Source: Candidatus Firestoneibacteriota bacterium
Lineage (GTDB): Bacteria; Oederibacteriota; D2-FULL-39-29; JBBTED01
Reading direction: 5' to 3'
NCBI GenBank assembly: GCA_038042445.1
Contig: JBBTED010000081.1
Coordinates: 1-57,964, forward strand
Length of the DNA stretch: 57,964 bases
This document shows, in pieces, positions 30,189-39,679 of this stretch (within the stretch, counting starts at the first letter, position 1; each line of letters begins with the position of its first letter). The translations under genes were made by a program, and so were the position numbers. Under the pieces are notes generated by a model that saw nothing but the letters and a program-made list of their open reading frames with translations, had not been told where the DNA came from and searched no databases.

Positions 30189-31427
30189 CTATTTTACCGG
30201 CGATTTTTTTAATAAATCTTTTACATTTATTGGCTTACCAAGTGCTATTGAATAATTTGCTGAAATACCTGTAAGAATTGACATCGCACCTGCACGGGTT
30301 CCAGCCATATGTCCCAACGGGTCTTTTAAATCTCCTACAAATAACATACGAAGTAAACGTTCATCACCTCCACCATGTCCTCCTTTAGATTTTGGAACAA
30401 TAATTTCTTTTATTTGTCCTTTCCTATCATAGAACATTATTTTCTGATTTTTACCAGAAGCTTTATGTCCACTCTCAAATATTTCGGCTTCTAATCTTCC
30501 ATTTGTACCATTAATAGCCATACGCCAACCTTCATACGGTGAATGTGCAATAAGTGAATAAGTCATAACTGCTCCTTTGTCATATTTCACACATAATGCC
30601 ATTGTATCTTCAATATCTATTTCAACTGCAAAAACACATTTATCACGATAATAACCATCGCATTTTTCTGCTTCTAAATATAATTTTTTGAACTCTTTAC
30701 AGGAAATATCCATATAAAATTCACAACTTGATTTATATTTGCAGGTTAAACATCTTTGTCCTCTTTGTTTTCGTTTTGGACCATAAAAATTTAATCCACC
30801 AAATGCAAAAACTGTTTCAGGCTCCTGATTTATTAACCAATTCACAAGATCAAAATGATGTGTTGCTTTATGAACCAACAATCCACCTGAATTTGCTTTA
30901 TTTCTATGCCATCTTCTAAAATAATCTGCACCATGGCGGGCATCAAGAATCCACTCAAAATCAACAGATAGTATTTTTCCAATCGCCCCCTTAGAAATCA
31001 GTTCTTTTATCTTTGAAACATAAGGTGTAAATCTATAATTAAATGTTACAGTAACTTTTTTCCCTGTTCGTTTCTGGGCATTCAGAATTGCTCTGCATTT
31101 TTCATCATCTATAGTCATAGGTTTTTCTGTTATTACATCAGCCCCAAATTCCAAAGCTTCAATAATATATTTGTGATGAAATTTATCTATTGTAGTTACT
31201 ATTACAGTATCTGGTTTAGTAACTTTCAACATCTCTGAAAAATTTTTAAAAGATGCTATATCTCTTTTTACTCTTTTTTTAAGCACCCCCATTCTCTGCA
31301 AATTTACATCAGATATTCCAACCAATTCTGCAACATCTGAAAATTTCTTAACTATAGGAACAGCAAACATTTCAATACCGCGGTTACCACATCCAACAAT
31401 AACATATTTCTTCGTATATGATTTCAT
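30189..31427 (-). CDS. Gfo/Idh/MocA family oxidoreductase
   Basis: VGCGNRG, TEKPM, FNYR, HGADYFRRWH, HKATHHFDL, GHGGGD. Confidence 0.9.
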   Translation of the reverse strand: MKSYTKKYVIVGCGNRGIEMFAVPIVKKFSDVAELVGISDVNLQRMGVLKKRVKRDIASFKNFSEMLKVTKPDTVIVTTIDKFHHKYIIEALEFGADVITEKPMTIDDEKCRAILNAQKRTGKKVTVTFNYRFTPYVSKIKELISKGAIGKILSVDFEWILDARHGADYFRRWHRNKANSGGLLVHKATHHFDLVNWLINQEPETVFAFGGLNFYGPKRKQRGQRCLTCKYKSSCEFYMDISCKEFKKLYLEAEKCDGYYRDKCVFAVEIDIEDTMALCVKYDKGAVMTYSLIAHSPYEGWRMAINGTNGRLEAEIFESGHKASGKNQKIMFYDRKGQIKEIIVPKSKGGHGGGDERLLRMLFVGDLKDPLGHMAGTRAGAMSILTGISANYSIALGKPINVKDLLKKSPVK

Positions 31428-31470
31428 ATCATCTCCTATTCTATTTATATATTACTATAATTTTAAAAAT

Positions 31471-31514
31471 CTGTATTTATAATTTTTTGATAACTTTTTA
31501 TACTTTTTTGACTA
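31471..31514 (-). promoter_or_regulatory. Putative AraC-family operator, copy 1
   Basis: TCAAAAAAGTATAAA and TCAAAAAATTATAAA direct repeats at 21-bp period; near-identical block at 33438-33481. Confidence 0.7.
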
Positions 31515-31550
31515 TAGCATACACCATACTTTTCGTCCAGTTTATCAACT

Positions 31551-31650
31551 TGTAGTTGCCGATTTATCGGCATAACATAATTTATAGTTATTGATTTATA
31601 TTTTAAAGATAAACTAACAAAAATTACTGCCGATAAATCGGCAACTACAT
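31551..31650. repeat. GTAG REP doublet, family B
   Basis: TGTAGTTGCCGATTTATCGGCA...TGCCGATAAATCGGCAACTACA. Confidence 0.9.
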
Positions 31651-31682
31651 ATTGCGTTTTACAAAGGCTATTCTGTTACTTT

Positions 31683-32498
31683 TTATTTAGTATTTAATGA
31701 ACGTGAATATTCTGTCGGAGATAAAGCAAATTTTTTCTTAAAACTATTGCTAAAATAATGAATATTGGGATACCCCAATTTTTCTGCAATCTGACTTACA
31801 TTAAGGCTGGATTTTCTCAATAAATATTTTGCTTCATTCATTTTTAAATTATTCAAATATTGTGAAATTGTAACACTTGTTTGTTTTTTAAAAACCCTGC
31901 AAAGATGTCCTAAACTTACTCCAAATTTCTTATTCAAGTCAGAAGAACTTAAATTCTTGTAAAAATTTTTATCCAAATATTTTTTTATTTTTGAGATTAA
32001 ATCATTATTCCAATTTTCATGCGTTAAAACAGGCAAAAATTCAGGATGTCTATTTTCCCTCGTATGTCTTGCCAGTTTTATTAACAACTCAATCAGTTTC
32101 GCCTTGAGCATAAATTGATTTCCTGTTTTCTTAAATTTTGCCTCTATCAGTAAATCTTTTAAAATAGAATGTACATCTAATGAAATTTTAATTTTTCTGT
32201 TTTTTATAACAGAAATCAGCATAGAAATATTCTCGTCATCCGGAATCTCAAAAGAAATATTTATTATATTCGGTGGCTCTTTTAAATTACCTTCCATAGA
32301 ATGAAACTGACCTTCGCCAAATAAAAATAAATCTCCCTGCTGGGCTTTAAAATTTTTGTCGTCTAAATGAACAATTACTTTTCCCTTGTCTATATAATAT
32401 ATTTCCAAACCATTATGTGAATGGACTCCCCATTCATAGAATTTTGACTTTTCCTTATATTTTACCTCTATATTTGAAATATTGATATTATCCTGCAT
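31683..32498 (-). CDS. AraC-family regulator with cupin sensor domain
   Basis: HSHNGLEIYY cupin; HLCRVFKK, IAEKLGYPNIHYFSNSFKK double HTH. Confidence 0.92.
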   Translation of the reverse strand: MQDNINISNIEVKYKEKSKFYEWGVHSHNGLEIYYIDKGKVIVHLDDKNFKAQQGDLFLFGEGQFHSMEGNLKEPPNIINISFEIPDDENISMLISVIKNRKIKISLDVHSILKDLLIEAKFKKTGNQFMLKAKLIELLIKLARHTRENRHPEFLPVLTHENWNNDLISKIKKYLDKNFYKNLSSSDLNKKFGVSLGHLCRVFKKQTSVTISQYLNNLKMNEAKYLLRKSSLNVSQIAEKLGYPNIHYFSNSFKKKFALSPTEYSRSLNTK

Positions 32499-32514
32499 TT
32501 TTTAAAGTTTCTTT

Positions 32515-32583
32515 GTAGCCGCAGGCTTTAGCCTGCGGTATTTTTTTACCATTTTTTCTCGCAGGCTAAAGCCTGCGGCTACC
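32515..32583. repeat. GTAG REP doublet, family A
   Basis: Arms match 22991-23074. Confidence 0.9.
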
Positions 32584-32642
32584 TTGTATAACACAGTCTG
32601 TTAATTAATAGAGAGAGATTTTCTCCCTTATTGCATGTCACA

Positions 32643-33377
32643 TTATTCTTTAATCCAACTATGTTTAGGATCATCACACGGAACAAGCAAACGCTTTTTG
32701 CCAGCTAATATCCACAAATAATAAAGTTTATATCCCGGAGCTGCAACAACAGGATGATATCCATAGGAAATTGGCACAATTGTATTGTCAAATAAAACAT
32801 AAGTTTTATCCAAATTATGTTTAGGTGAATATATTCTCTGTATACCAAATCCCTGTTTAGGAGATACCTTAAAAAGATACAACTCTTCCTGTTTGGATTC
32901 TACTGGTAGATTTTCAACATCGTGTTTGTGTGGCGGACTTGATGACCAATTACCTGGCGGATTCATTGTTTCCCCAACTAAAATTCTATGTGCAGACACA
33001 TTTTTATCTACAATATCATATACTCTCCGCTTCCAATTTCCCTTTCCAACAACTCTAACTTTTACATCTTTTGGTTCAATAATTCCTGCAGTAAATTTTT
33101 TATGAGCAAGCGCTTTACAAATCGCGATTTCAACTTTAGTTACTGCCTTTATTTTATATGCGGAGTTTATTGGAATATAGAGGCCATACGCCTTTCCTGA
33201 AAAAACATCCTTTCTTTTGCCAATTACTCCAAAATTTTTATTGTCAATTTCAATTTTGCACTTTCCGGATAATACCACTAAAACAGTTTCATAACTTTTT
33301 GTATTCTCCCTCCAGAATTTATCTCTATTCAGATTCAAAACTTTAAACTTTATATATTTCAATTTATTCTTATTCAT
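32643..33377 (-). CDS. iolB: 5-deoxy-glucuronate isomerase (IolB/KduI family)
   Basis: RKDVFSG, GNWSSSPPHKHD, EELY, GYHPVVAAPGY.LYYLW. Confidence 0.85.
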   Translation of the reverse strand: MNKNKLKYIKFKVLNLNRDKFWRENTKSYETVLVVLSGKCKIEIDNKNFGVIGKRKDVFSGKAYGLYIPINSAYKIKAVTKVEIAICKALAHKKFTAGIIEPKDVKVRVVGKGNWKRRVYDIVDKNVSAHRILVGETMNPPGNWSSSPPHKHDVENLPVESKQEELYLFKVSPKQGFGIQRIYSPKHNLDKTYVLFDNTIVPISYGYHPVVAAPGYKLYYLWILAGKKRLLVPCDDPKHSWIKE

Positions 33378-33437
33378 TTTTTTCCCTATTATGTTGTCAT
33401 AAAAAGACTATAAATATAATAACACAATTAGTAATAC

Positions 33438-33481
33438 CTGTCTTTATAATTTATTGATAACTTCTTATATTTTTTTGACTA
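33438..33481 (-). promoter_or_regulatory. Putative AraC-family operator, copy 2
   Basis: 40/44 identity by eye to 31471-31514, same 21-bp period. Confidence 0.7.
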
Positions 33482-33508
33482 GGGTTTTTTAGAAATAAAA
33501 TTTTAATT

Positions 33509-33588
33509 TGTAGTTGCCGATTTATCGGCATTTTTAAAATTGCCTACAAATACGCAACTATAAATTATGCCGATAAATCGGCAACTAC
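33509..33588. repeat. GTAG REP doublet, family B; supplies the stop codon of the RNase H gene
   Basis: Arms match 31551-31650; CTA at 33585-33587 lies within GCAACTACA. Confidence 0.88.
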
Positions 33589-34523
33589 AAATAACTCAGT
33601 TTTTTGGCTTTGCCTTTTTTACCTTCTATTTGGCGGATTGTTGAAAATGATTTTTTTATAAACCAAGGCCAGGGTTTTTTAGAAGAATACCATATTTTAA
33701 GCCAGTTTATTGTTTCTTTATCTCCTGCATTTCCAGAGCCTATTGATAAACCACTTAATATATATTCCGGATTTTCATTAATGGATTTTACTATTTTCTC
33801 TCTTTCTCTTTTTGCAATAAGTGAAGCTAATTTAGCCTCAAGATATTTGTCATCAGATTTTGGAGCAACAATAATTTCAGCGTTTTGCAAAGCAAGTGAA
33901 TCAAGAAATTTTTTAAGGGTATCGCCTATCCCATAATTATCAATTGTAATTCGACATTTTGATACATCAATATTTTTAACTAAAGATACTAATGCTTTTT
34001 GATATGTTACATCCATGATTTTATTTAGATTGTATTTATCTGCATCAGATGGTGAAATTTTTTCCTCAACAAACTTTAATCCATCTTTTAAAAAGAATGA
34101 AATTTTATTAAACAAATTATTCCAGTAATCATAAGTATGTGTTTTTTTAGTGTCTGCAATACCAACCAAATCTTTTAAAGATTGAAAAAGAATGCTCGGG
34201 ATTAGAACTCCAACAATATGTATATTTCCGACAACTTCTCCTTTGCCTGTTTCATCAAGCCCTATTAAAAATTCTTTTGATGGCTCAACAAAAACACTAC
34301 CAGCAATTTCATCAATATGATTTATTATTGGATTTTTTGAATCAGAACAAGTGGTATATAAAGTGCCATTTTTATAACAGGTTATTTTTCCATTCAAAAT
34401 TTTAATTCTGTAAATTTCACTTGCTGAATAAACAGTTTCTTCTATTCCACCTGCTTGTATCAAATATTTTTTTATTCCTTCTATTTTTTCGCTATTTAAA
34501 TTTATCCATTTTCTACCAATCAT
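33585..34523 (-). CDS. Type 2 ribonuclease H (HII/HIII family) with N-terminal extension
   Basis: IGLDETGKG, DTKK, IDNY, KSD, ASLIAK..R. Confidence 0.8.
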   Translation of the reverse strand: MIGRKWINLNSEKIEGIKKYLIQAGGIEETVYSASEIYRIKILNGKITCYKNGTLYTTCSDSKNPIINHIDEIAGSVFVEPSKEFLIGLDETGKGEVVGNIHIVGVLIPSILFQSLKDLVGIADTKKTHTYDYWNNLFNKISFFLKDGLKFVEEKISPSDADKYNLNKIMDVTYQKALVSLVKNIDVSKCRITIDNYGIGDTLKKFLDSLALQNAEIIVAPKSDDKYLEAKLASLIAKREREKIVKSINENPEYILSGLSIGSGNAGDKETINWLKIWYSSKKPWPWFIKKSFSTIRQIEGKKGKAKKLSYL

Positions 34524-34556
34524 ATATATTTAAAGTAATAAGTTGTTGGTTCTAAA

Positions 34557-34634
34557 TGTCATTCTGACACTGAACGAAGTGAAATGGAAGAATCTTGTTT
34601 TTTAGAGATTCTTCGGCTTCGCCTCAGAATGACA
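34557..34634. repeat. REPIN-like element, family E
   Basis: TGTCATTCTGA...GAAGAATCT / AGATTCTTC...TCAGAATGACA. Confidence 0.85.
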
Positions 34635-34677
34635 TATTAAGCATAAGTATTCCATTGCGATTTAAAAAATAACACCT

Positions 34678-35928
34678 TCAGTGATTCCGTAGATAATAAC
34701 CCAATACCTTATGCAAAATTAAAGCTATATCATCTATATCTTTCTTTGTGTATTTATCAGTAAAAATCCATCTTAATGTTTTCCCTATTAACTTTTTTGC
34801 GTTTGGTGTATTCTGAACACTATATTTTATTTTCCTTTTTCCCAAATGGCAATTAAAAGGACAATCAGTATTTCCGTATAAATGGAATCTATCTTTTAAA
34901 TAAGTGTGGCTATCCGGTACAAAATAATATGGTGCAGGACTTATTCCTTTTAAACCTTCTGCATTCATAGCTTTACTGATTGTCCATAAATCAGTCTTGA
35001 AATACGATAAATCCAAAAAAATTGCATATAACCAATATATATGGTCACATCCTTCAGGTATATATAATGGAATAACACCGGGAATATTTTTGATTTTCTG
35101 ATTTAAAATAGCTCCTAATTTTCTTCTGTGTTCATTTTGATGTGATAAAACTTCAAGTTGTGCTAATCCTACTGCTGAAGAAAGTGAATTAAACCTGTAA
35201 TTCAATCCAAAACTTGTGTGAACTCTTCCATAGTTTTGCTTTTCTTCACTACCGCGTTTAATTGCAAATTTTCTTACTTTATCAGCTAATTTTTTAGAAT
35301 TTGTTATCACCATTCCACCATGTTCTGTGCAAAGATGCTTTATACCTTCAAATGAAAAACAACCGATATCTCCCATAGAACCTGACATTCTTCCTTTATA
35401 AGTTGCAAGTGGAGTAAGACAGCTATCTTCTATTAAAGCTATGCTTTTTTGTTTTGTCAGCTTTAATATAGGCTCCATATCGCACATCAATCCCCACCAA
35501 TGTGGCAAAACAATTGCTTTTGTATAAGGTGTTATAACTTTTTTTATATTTTCTGCAGTAATGTTTCCATTGCGTAAATCAACATCTGCAAAAACAGGCA
35601 AAGCATTTTGCGCCAGAATACCAGCAATTGAACCATAATCAGTTATAGGACTTGTTACCACTTCATCACCGGGTCCTATATCTAAAGCAGCCAATGCACT
35701 ATGCACTGCTGCAGTGCAATTAGCTACTGCAATAGCATATTTTGTATTGCAAGCTTTTGCAAATGCTAATTCAAATTTCTCCTGCACTTTAGAAGTAAAT
35801 CCTGAATCTAAAACTTCTTTAACATATTTATAAGCATTATCTGGAATTTCTCTTGGAAAAATTTCAGGCAAAGGATTATTTTCCCCCCGAACAGATTTTC
35901 CACCATTAATAGCTAATTTTTCTTTCAT
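34678..35928 (-). CDS. DegT/DnrJ/EryC1/StrS PLP aminotransferase
   Basis: NCTAAVH, GPGDEV, PVFADVD, IEDSC, FSFEGIKHL, GLNYR. Confidence 0.9.
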   Translation of the reverse strand: MKEKLAINGGKSVRGENNPLPEIFPREIPDNAYKYVKEVLDSGFTSKVQEKFELAFAKACNTKYAIAVANCTAAVHSALAALDIGPGDEVVTSPITDYGSIAGILAQNALPVFADVDLRNGNITAENIKKVITPYTKAIVLPHWWGLMCDMEPILKLTKQKSIALIEDSCLTPLATYKGRMSGSMGDIGCFSFEGIKHLCTEHGGMVITNSKKLADKVRKFAIKRGSEEKQNYGRVHTSFGLNYRFNSLSSAVGLAQLEVLSHQNEHRRKLGAILNQKIKNIPGVIPLYIPEGCDHIYWLYAIFLDLSYFKTDLWTISKAMNAEGLKGISPAPYYFVPDSHTYLKDRFHLYGNTDCPFNCHLGKRKIKYSVQNTPNAKKLIGKTLRWIFTDKYTKKDIDDIALILHKVLGYYLRNH

Positions 35929-36085
35929 ATTATTTGTTAGTTTAACATATAGTAATAAAAAAGAACAATCCTATTCAAGACAATTTTGCAGTGTAAAAGC
36001 AAGATTGTCTTGACGTCAATATCTGTTTATAGTATAAATCAAAAAAGTCATTATTATAGTATCCCATAAATAAGTTTACATATTT

Positions 36086-36152
36086 TGTCATTCCTGCGAA
36101 AGCAGGAATCCAGAAAAATAAATACTGGATACCGCATCAAGTGCGGTATGAC
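36086..36152. repeat. REPIN-like element, family C
   Basis: TGTCATTCCTGCGAAAGCAGGAATCCAG...CTGGATACCGCATCAAGTGCGGTATGAC. Confidence 0.85.
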
Positions 36153-36196
36153 TGCTAAAAATATTATAAAGAAACGTTAAGGGCAATTAATATTAT

Positions 36197-36895
36197 ATGT
36201 CAAAATTGATTCAATTAAACACAGAGCAAAAAACAATTTTTATTGGAGATATTCATGGGGATTTAGAAACTTTGAACAAAATTTTAGAATTATATAATCC
36301 CATAGAAAATAGATTAGTGTTTTTAGGAGATTATGTAGACAGAGGAAATAAATCAAAGGAAGTACTTGATATTTTATTTGAATTAAAAAATCGTTATGCG
36401 AATAATATTATTATGCTTATGGGAAATCATGAAGCATATCCTGTTATTTTTTTTAAACCTACTAATTTCTGGGAAGCTACAGAAAAAGATGAAGCAATGT
36501 ATAAATATTACAGCCAAAATTTAGTGAGTCTGCCTTTAGCTGTTTCTATTGGTAATATTATAGCACTTCATGCCGCTCTTCCTGATATTGCAAATATAGA
36601 AGAGATAAGCAACATACCTATTGATGCTTATAATCAAAATTTTATACGAATGATATGGGCTGATTTTGCAGACAATGTTACTGGCAAAGAAAGAAGACCT
36701 ACATTTGACCAAAACTATTTCACAAAAATAATGGATAGTATCGGAAAAAAAATATTAATACGAAGCCATGACCCTAAAGCAAATGTTTCAATGTTTAATG
36801 AAAGATGTATTACTTTAATGACTTCAAGATTTTATTCACAGGGAAAAAGAATTGCAATAGTTTCAGGAGAAGATATAAAAATAGAATATATATAA
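36197..36895 (+). CDS. PPP-family metallophosphoesterase (Ser/Thr phosphatase-like)
   Basis: GDIHG, GDYVDRG, GNHE, LPLA, IRSHD. Confidence 0.88.
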   Translation: MSKLIQLNTEQKTIFIGDIHGDLETLNKILELYNPIENRLVFLGDYVDRGNKSKEVLDILFELKNRYANNIIMLMGNHEAYPVIFFKPTNFWEATEKDEAMYKYYSQNLVSLPLAVSIGNIIALHAALPDIANIEEISNIPIDAYNQNFIRMIWADFADNVTGKERRPTFDQNYFTKIMDSIGKKILIRSHDPKANVSMFNERCITLMTSRFYSQGKRIAIVSGEDIKIEYI

Positions 36896-36912
36896 GTAAT
36901 TATATTATAACA

Positions 36913-36970
36913 GATAGCAGGACAAGAATGTCCTGCCTATCGATAAGTTGGGTTTTCTAACCCAACCTAT
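36913..36970. repeat. Two tandem ATAG-ended hairpins (family G) between convergent genes; may act as terminator
   Basis: GATAGCAGGACAAGAATGTCCTGCCTATC and ATAAGTTGGGTTTTCTAACCCAACCTAT. Confidence 0.6.
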
Positions 36971-37653
36971 ATTACTTTTTCAAATTTGTCTTTTCCTACA
37001 CCGCATACAGGACAAACCCAATTATCTGGTAATTGCTCAAAAGAAGTTCCGGGTTGTATATTTGCATCAGGATCCCCATTTTCTGGTTCATAAATATATC
37101 CGCAAACAGTACATCTGTATTTATCCATTTTTGGAACCTCCTTTATTTTTTCTTTCATATAAGTTGGAGCATTTTCTGGAGTTGTGCCATGCTTTATTTC
37201 GTGATAATAGGAATAAGTCATTGCTTCTGCTTCTTTTAATATATCTGCCTCTATTATTTTCCCAATAAAAACTATATGCGTCCCAGCATCTACCTCGTTG
37301 ATAACTTCTGCTTCAATATATCCTATAGCATTAGTTAAAACTATAGGACACTTTAAACGTCCAATATTATAATCTAAATCAACAAATTTATTAATTTCTC
37401 TGCCTGATTTAAATCCAAATTGCCCAATAAATTTAAGTGGAGTATCTTTTGATAGAATTGACAATGTAAACACTTTGCTTTCTTTAATATATTCATACGT
37501 AAGATTTTTTTTGTTGATACTTACAGCAATTGTTGGTGGTTCTGATGTAATTTGAAAAACAGTATTTACAATCTGGCCATTAATTTTATCGCCTTTTTTG
37601 GAGCAAACCACATACATTCCATAACTAATTTTATTCAAAACCTGCAGGTTCAT
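36967..37653 (-). CDS. hrb: Flavin reductase-rubredoxin fusion (high-molecular-weight rubredoxin)
   Basis: ISYGMY, FGFKSGR..NKF, GTH; C-terminal CTVCGYIY...WVCPVCG. Confidence 0.9.
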   Translation of the reverse strand: MNLQVLNKISYGMYVVCSKKGDKINGQIVNTVFQITSEPPTIAVSINKKNLTYEYIKESKVFTLSILSKDTPLKFIGQFGFKSGREINKFVDLDYNIGRLKCPIVLTNAIGYIEAEVINEVDAGTHIVFIGKIIEADILKEAEAMTYSYYHEIKHGTTPENAPTYMKEKIKEVPKMDKYRCTVCGYIYEPENGDPDANIQPGTSFEQLPDNWVCPVCGVGKDKFEKVI

Positions 37654-37692
37654 ATTTTTTGTAAATCCTCAGTGAACACCATTCCATTTCTT

Positions 37693-37809
37693 TGTCATTC
37701 CCGCATATCCCCTGTTTACTACATACAGGGGTAAAATCCAGCGGGAATCCATACAAAATGCTTCTGGATTCCTGCTGGAGTTTATCCGCCGTGGCGAGCA
37801 AGAATGACA
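37693..37809. repeat. Family C REPIN with nested hairpins
   Basis: TGTCATTCCCGC...GCGGGAATCCA / TGGATTCCTGCT...AGCAAGAATGACA; flanked by 11-bp direct repeats at 37648 and 37811. Confidence 0.8.
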
Positions 37810-37830
37810 CGTTCATATTTTACCCTAAAA

Positions 37831-38456
37831 TTATTTAAAAATTACTCCTGTTTCATTACTCCAAAGCAATAAATCTATATGGCTCATTGGTATTTTAATT
37901 TTATTGGAAAATTTTTTCATTTTCTCTTCTATTTCATAGTATTTTTGTTTGGTCAAATGTTTTGGAACTTCTTTAATTACCTTTAACAATACTAAATTTT
38001 TTAATATATGTCTATCAAGAATTGCAATATTTTCACCGAATCCAATGTTTCTAAGAAAATGGCTTGCTTCTTTAAATCCAATTCCTTTTACATTTTCAAC
38101 AATCCATTCTCGTGTAGCAAAAATATTGTTAAATTGCTTAATCTTAGATTTAATATCTATCGTATTCTTATCTACAAACAGTTTTCTTGCTTCAATAATA
38201 TAATTTGATTTTTTATATTTAAATCGGACACCAATTAAATTTTTGAGAATCTGACTATATTTTCCGATTATTAATAGGTTGTTTTTTAATATTTTTGTAA
38301 TTGCCTGCAGCATAATTTCGCTTTAGATTGAGGTGTTAATATACAAAAAGATAATTCAGCAAATATATCTTTTTCACTACCTTTATTCCATATATATTTA
38401 AACTCTTCAAGTCGTAAACATATTTCTTTTTTCTTTTGCAAATATATGCTTTTTAT
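37831..38456 (-). pseudogene. ogg: Frameshifted 8-oxoguanine glycosylase/AP lyase (Ogg) copy
   Basis: Split over two ORFs; 1-nt deletion near 38307 (GCCTGCAGCA vs GCCTGCCAGCA in the intact copy); no clear start codon. Confidence 0.85.
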
Positions 38457-39679
38457 TTGATTCTCTTTATTTGGACACTCCAATCTTTTGGACCTTTTTC
38501 TATATATTCCCATTCGTATTTTCCTTTTTGCTCTGCTTCAAATTGATAGTGTAATGGTTTAGGGTCATGGTCATTTATGATTTTTAAAGTATATCCCGAT
38601 TTTAAATTGTCCCATATATTAAAAATTTTCTCGTGCCTTTCAAAAGGTGGCATTTGCCTTAAATCAAGCTCAACAATTTTGCTGTTTTCTTGATCTGCAG
38701 GAGTAAAACAGCAATATCCAATTTTGTCGCATCCTTTTTTAACTTCACCCCATTCTTCTTTAGTTAAAATTTGTAGTGCTATCTGATAGAGAATATTATC
38801 CTCTTTAAAAATATGACTTTCAAGTTCTTTTGTCAAGTACTCACCTAATCCTATAATCTTTTTCTTGAAATCTGTAAATTCATATTGCTCAGAATTATTT
38901 GCGATTTTGAACAGCTCCTGTTTTCTCTTTCTGAATTCCAAATGATCTAATTTCATAATATTAGGTGGCTCAACTACATTATGTTTCTCAAGTGATGGAA
39001 ACAAAACATCTTCTTCTCTTTGGTGATGATTTTCTGCCTCAACCAAGTGATGCGCAATATCTTTTAACTTTTCCATATCATCAGCCATATCTTTAAAATT
39101 ATTCTTATTTTTTAGTCTTTCTATTAACCCCTTTAATTCACTCAAACTATTAAGGATAACTTTATGCTCCTCCATAAGAGTATTTACAGGATGCGGTGCA
39201 GACACTTCTATTCTTTTTGAAACCAACGTATCTCTTAAAACATCAAGGTGTATGTCACATAAACTTTTCCTAATCTCATCATGCGAAACACCTTCTTTTA
39301 TTAATTCCTGCTCTATAAATCCTAATGTTGTAACATCAACTGACTGTAGAATTTTCTTTGCCTTTTCTTTTGTTGCTTCGGATATTTTATCCTCTTTTAA
39401 CTCCTTTAATAATTCTTTAAAAGCTTCTTTCTTGTTCTCTTTTGAAGCAACTTTTTTAATATTTAAAATCCATTCATCCGGACCTTCTTTTTCATAAGCA
39501 ATATCAAACCCTCCCTTTGCATTTAACATATAAACCAAAGGCATAGGATTAAATTCAAAAATAACCCTTAAAGTTTCCTGTTCTTTAAGTTCATCAATAC
39601 TCGGAAAAATCAAGCTTTCCCTTTTGCTATGCTCCAACCCTCTAACATCAATTATTTTTACTGTATTCATTTTACTCAC
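38453..39679 (-). CDS. DUF2249-DUF438-hemerythrin-DUF2249 protein
   Basis: IDVRGL and LDLRQMPPFERH..IF..NDHDPKPL termini; LCDIH; HPV..LMEEH, HHQREE..LFP, H, HIFKE hemerythrin motifs. Confidence 0.8.
   Translation of the reverse strand: MSKMNTVKIIDVRGLEHSKRESLIFPSIDELKEQETLRVIFEFNPMPLVYMLNAKGGFDIAYEKEGPDEWILNIKKVASKENKKEAFKELLKELKEDKISEATKEKAKKILQSVDVTTLGFIEQELIKEGVSHDEIRKSLCDIHLDVLRDTLVSKRIEVSAPHPVNTLMEEHKVILNSLSELKGLIERLKNKNNFKDMADDMEKLKDIAHHLVEAENHHQREEDVLFPSLEKHNVVEPPNIMKLDHLEFRKRKQELFKIANNSEQYEFTDFKKKIIGLGEYLTKELESHIFKEDNILYQIALQILTKEEWGEVKKGCDKIGYCCFTPADQENSKIVELDLRQMPPFERHEKIFNIWDNLKSGYTLKIINDHDPKPLHYQFEAEQKGKYEWEYIEKGPKDWSVQIKRIK

Noticed and set aside
22991..33588. Recurrent 22-24 nt repeats as a CRISPR array or tRNAs
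   Set aside because: They are dispersed inverted doublets, not direct repeats with regular spacers; no cas genes; no tRNA arm consensus
37631..37816. 61-aa minus-strand ORF
   Set aside because: Composed of the family C element, with its ATG from the duplicated 11-mer
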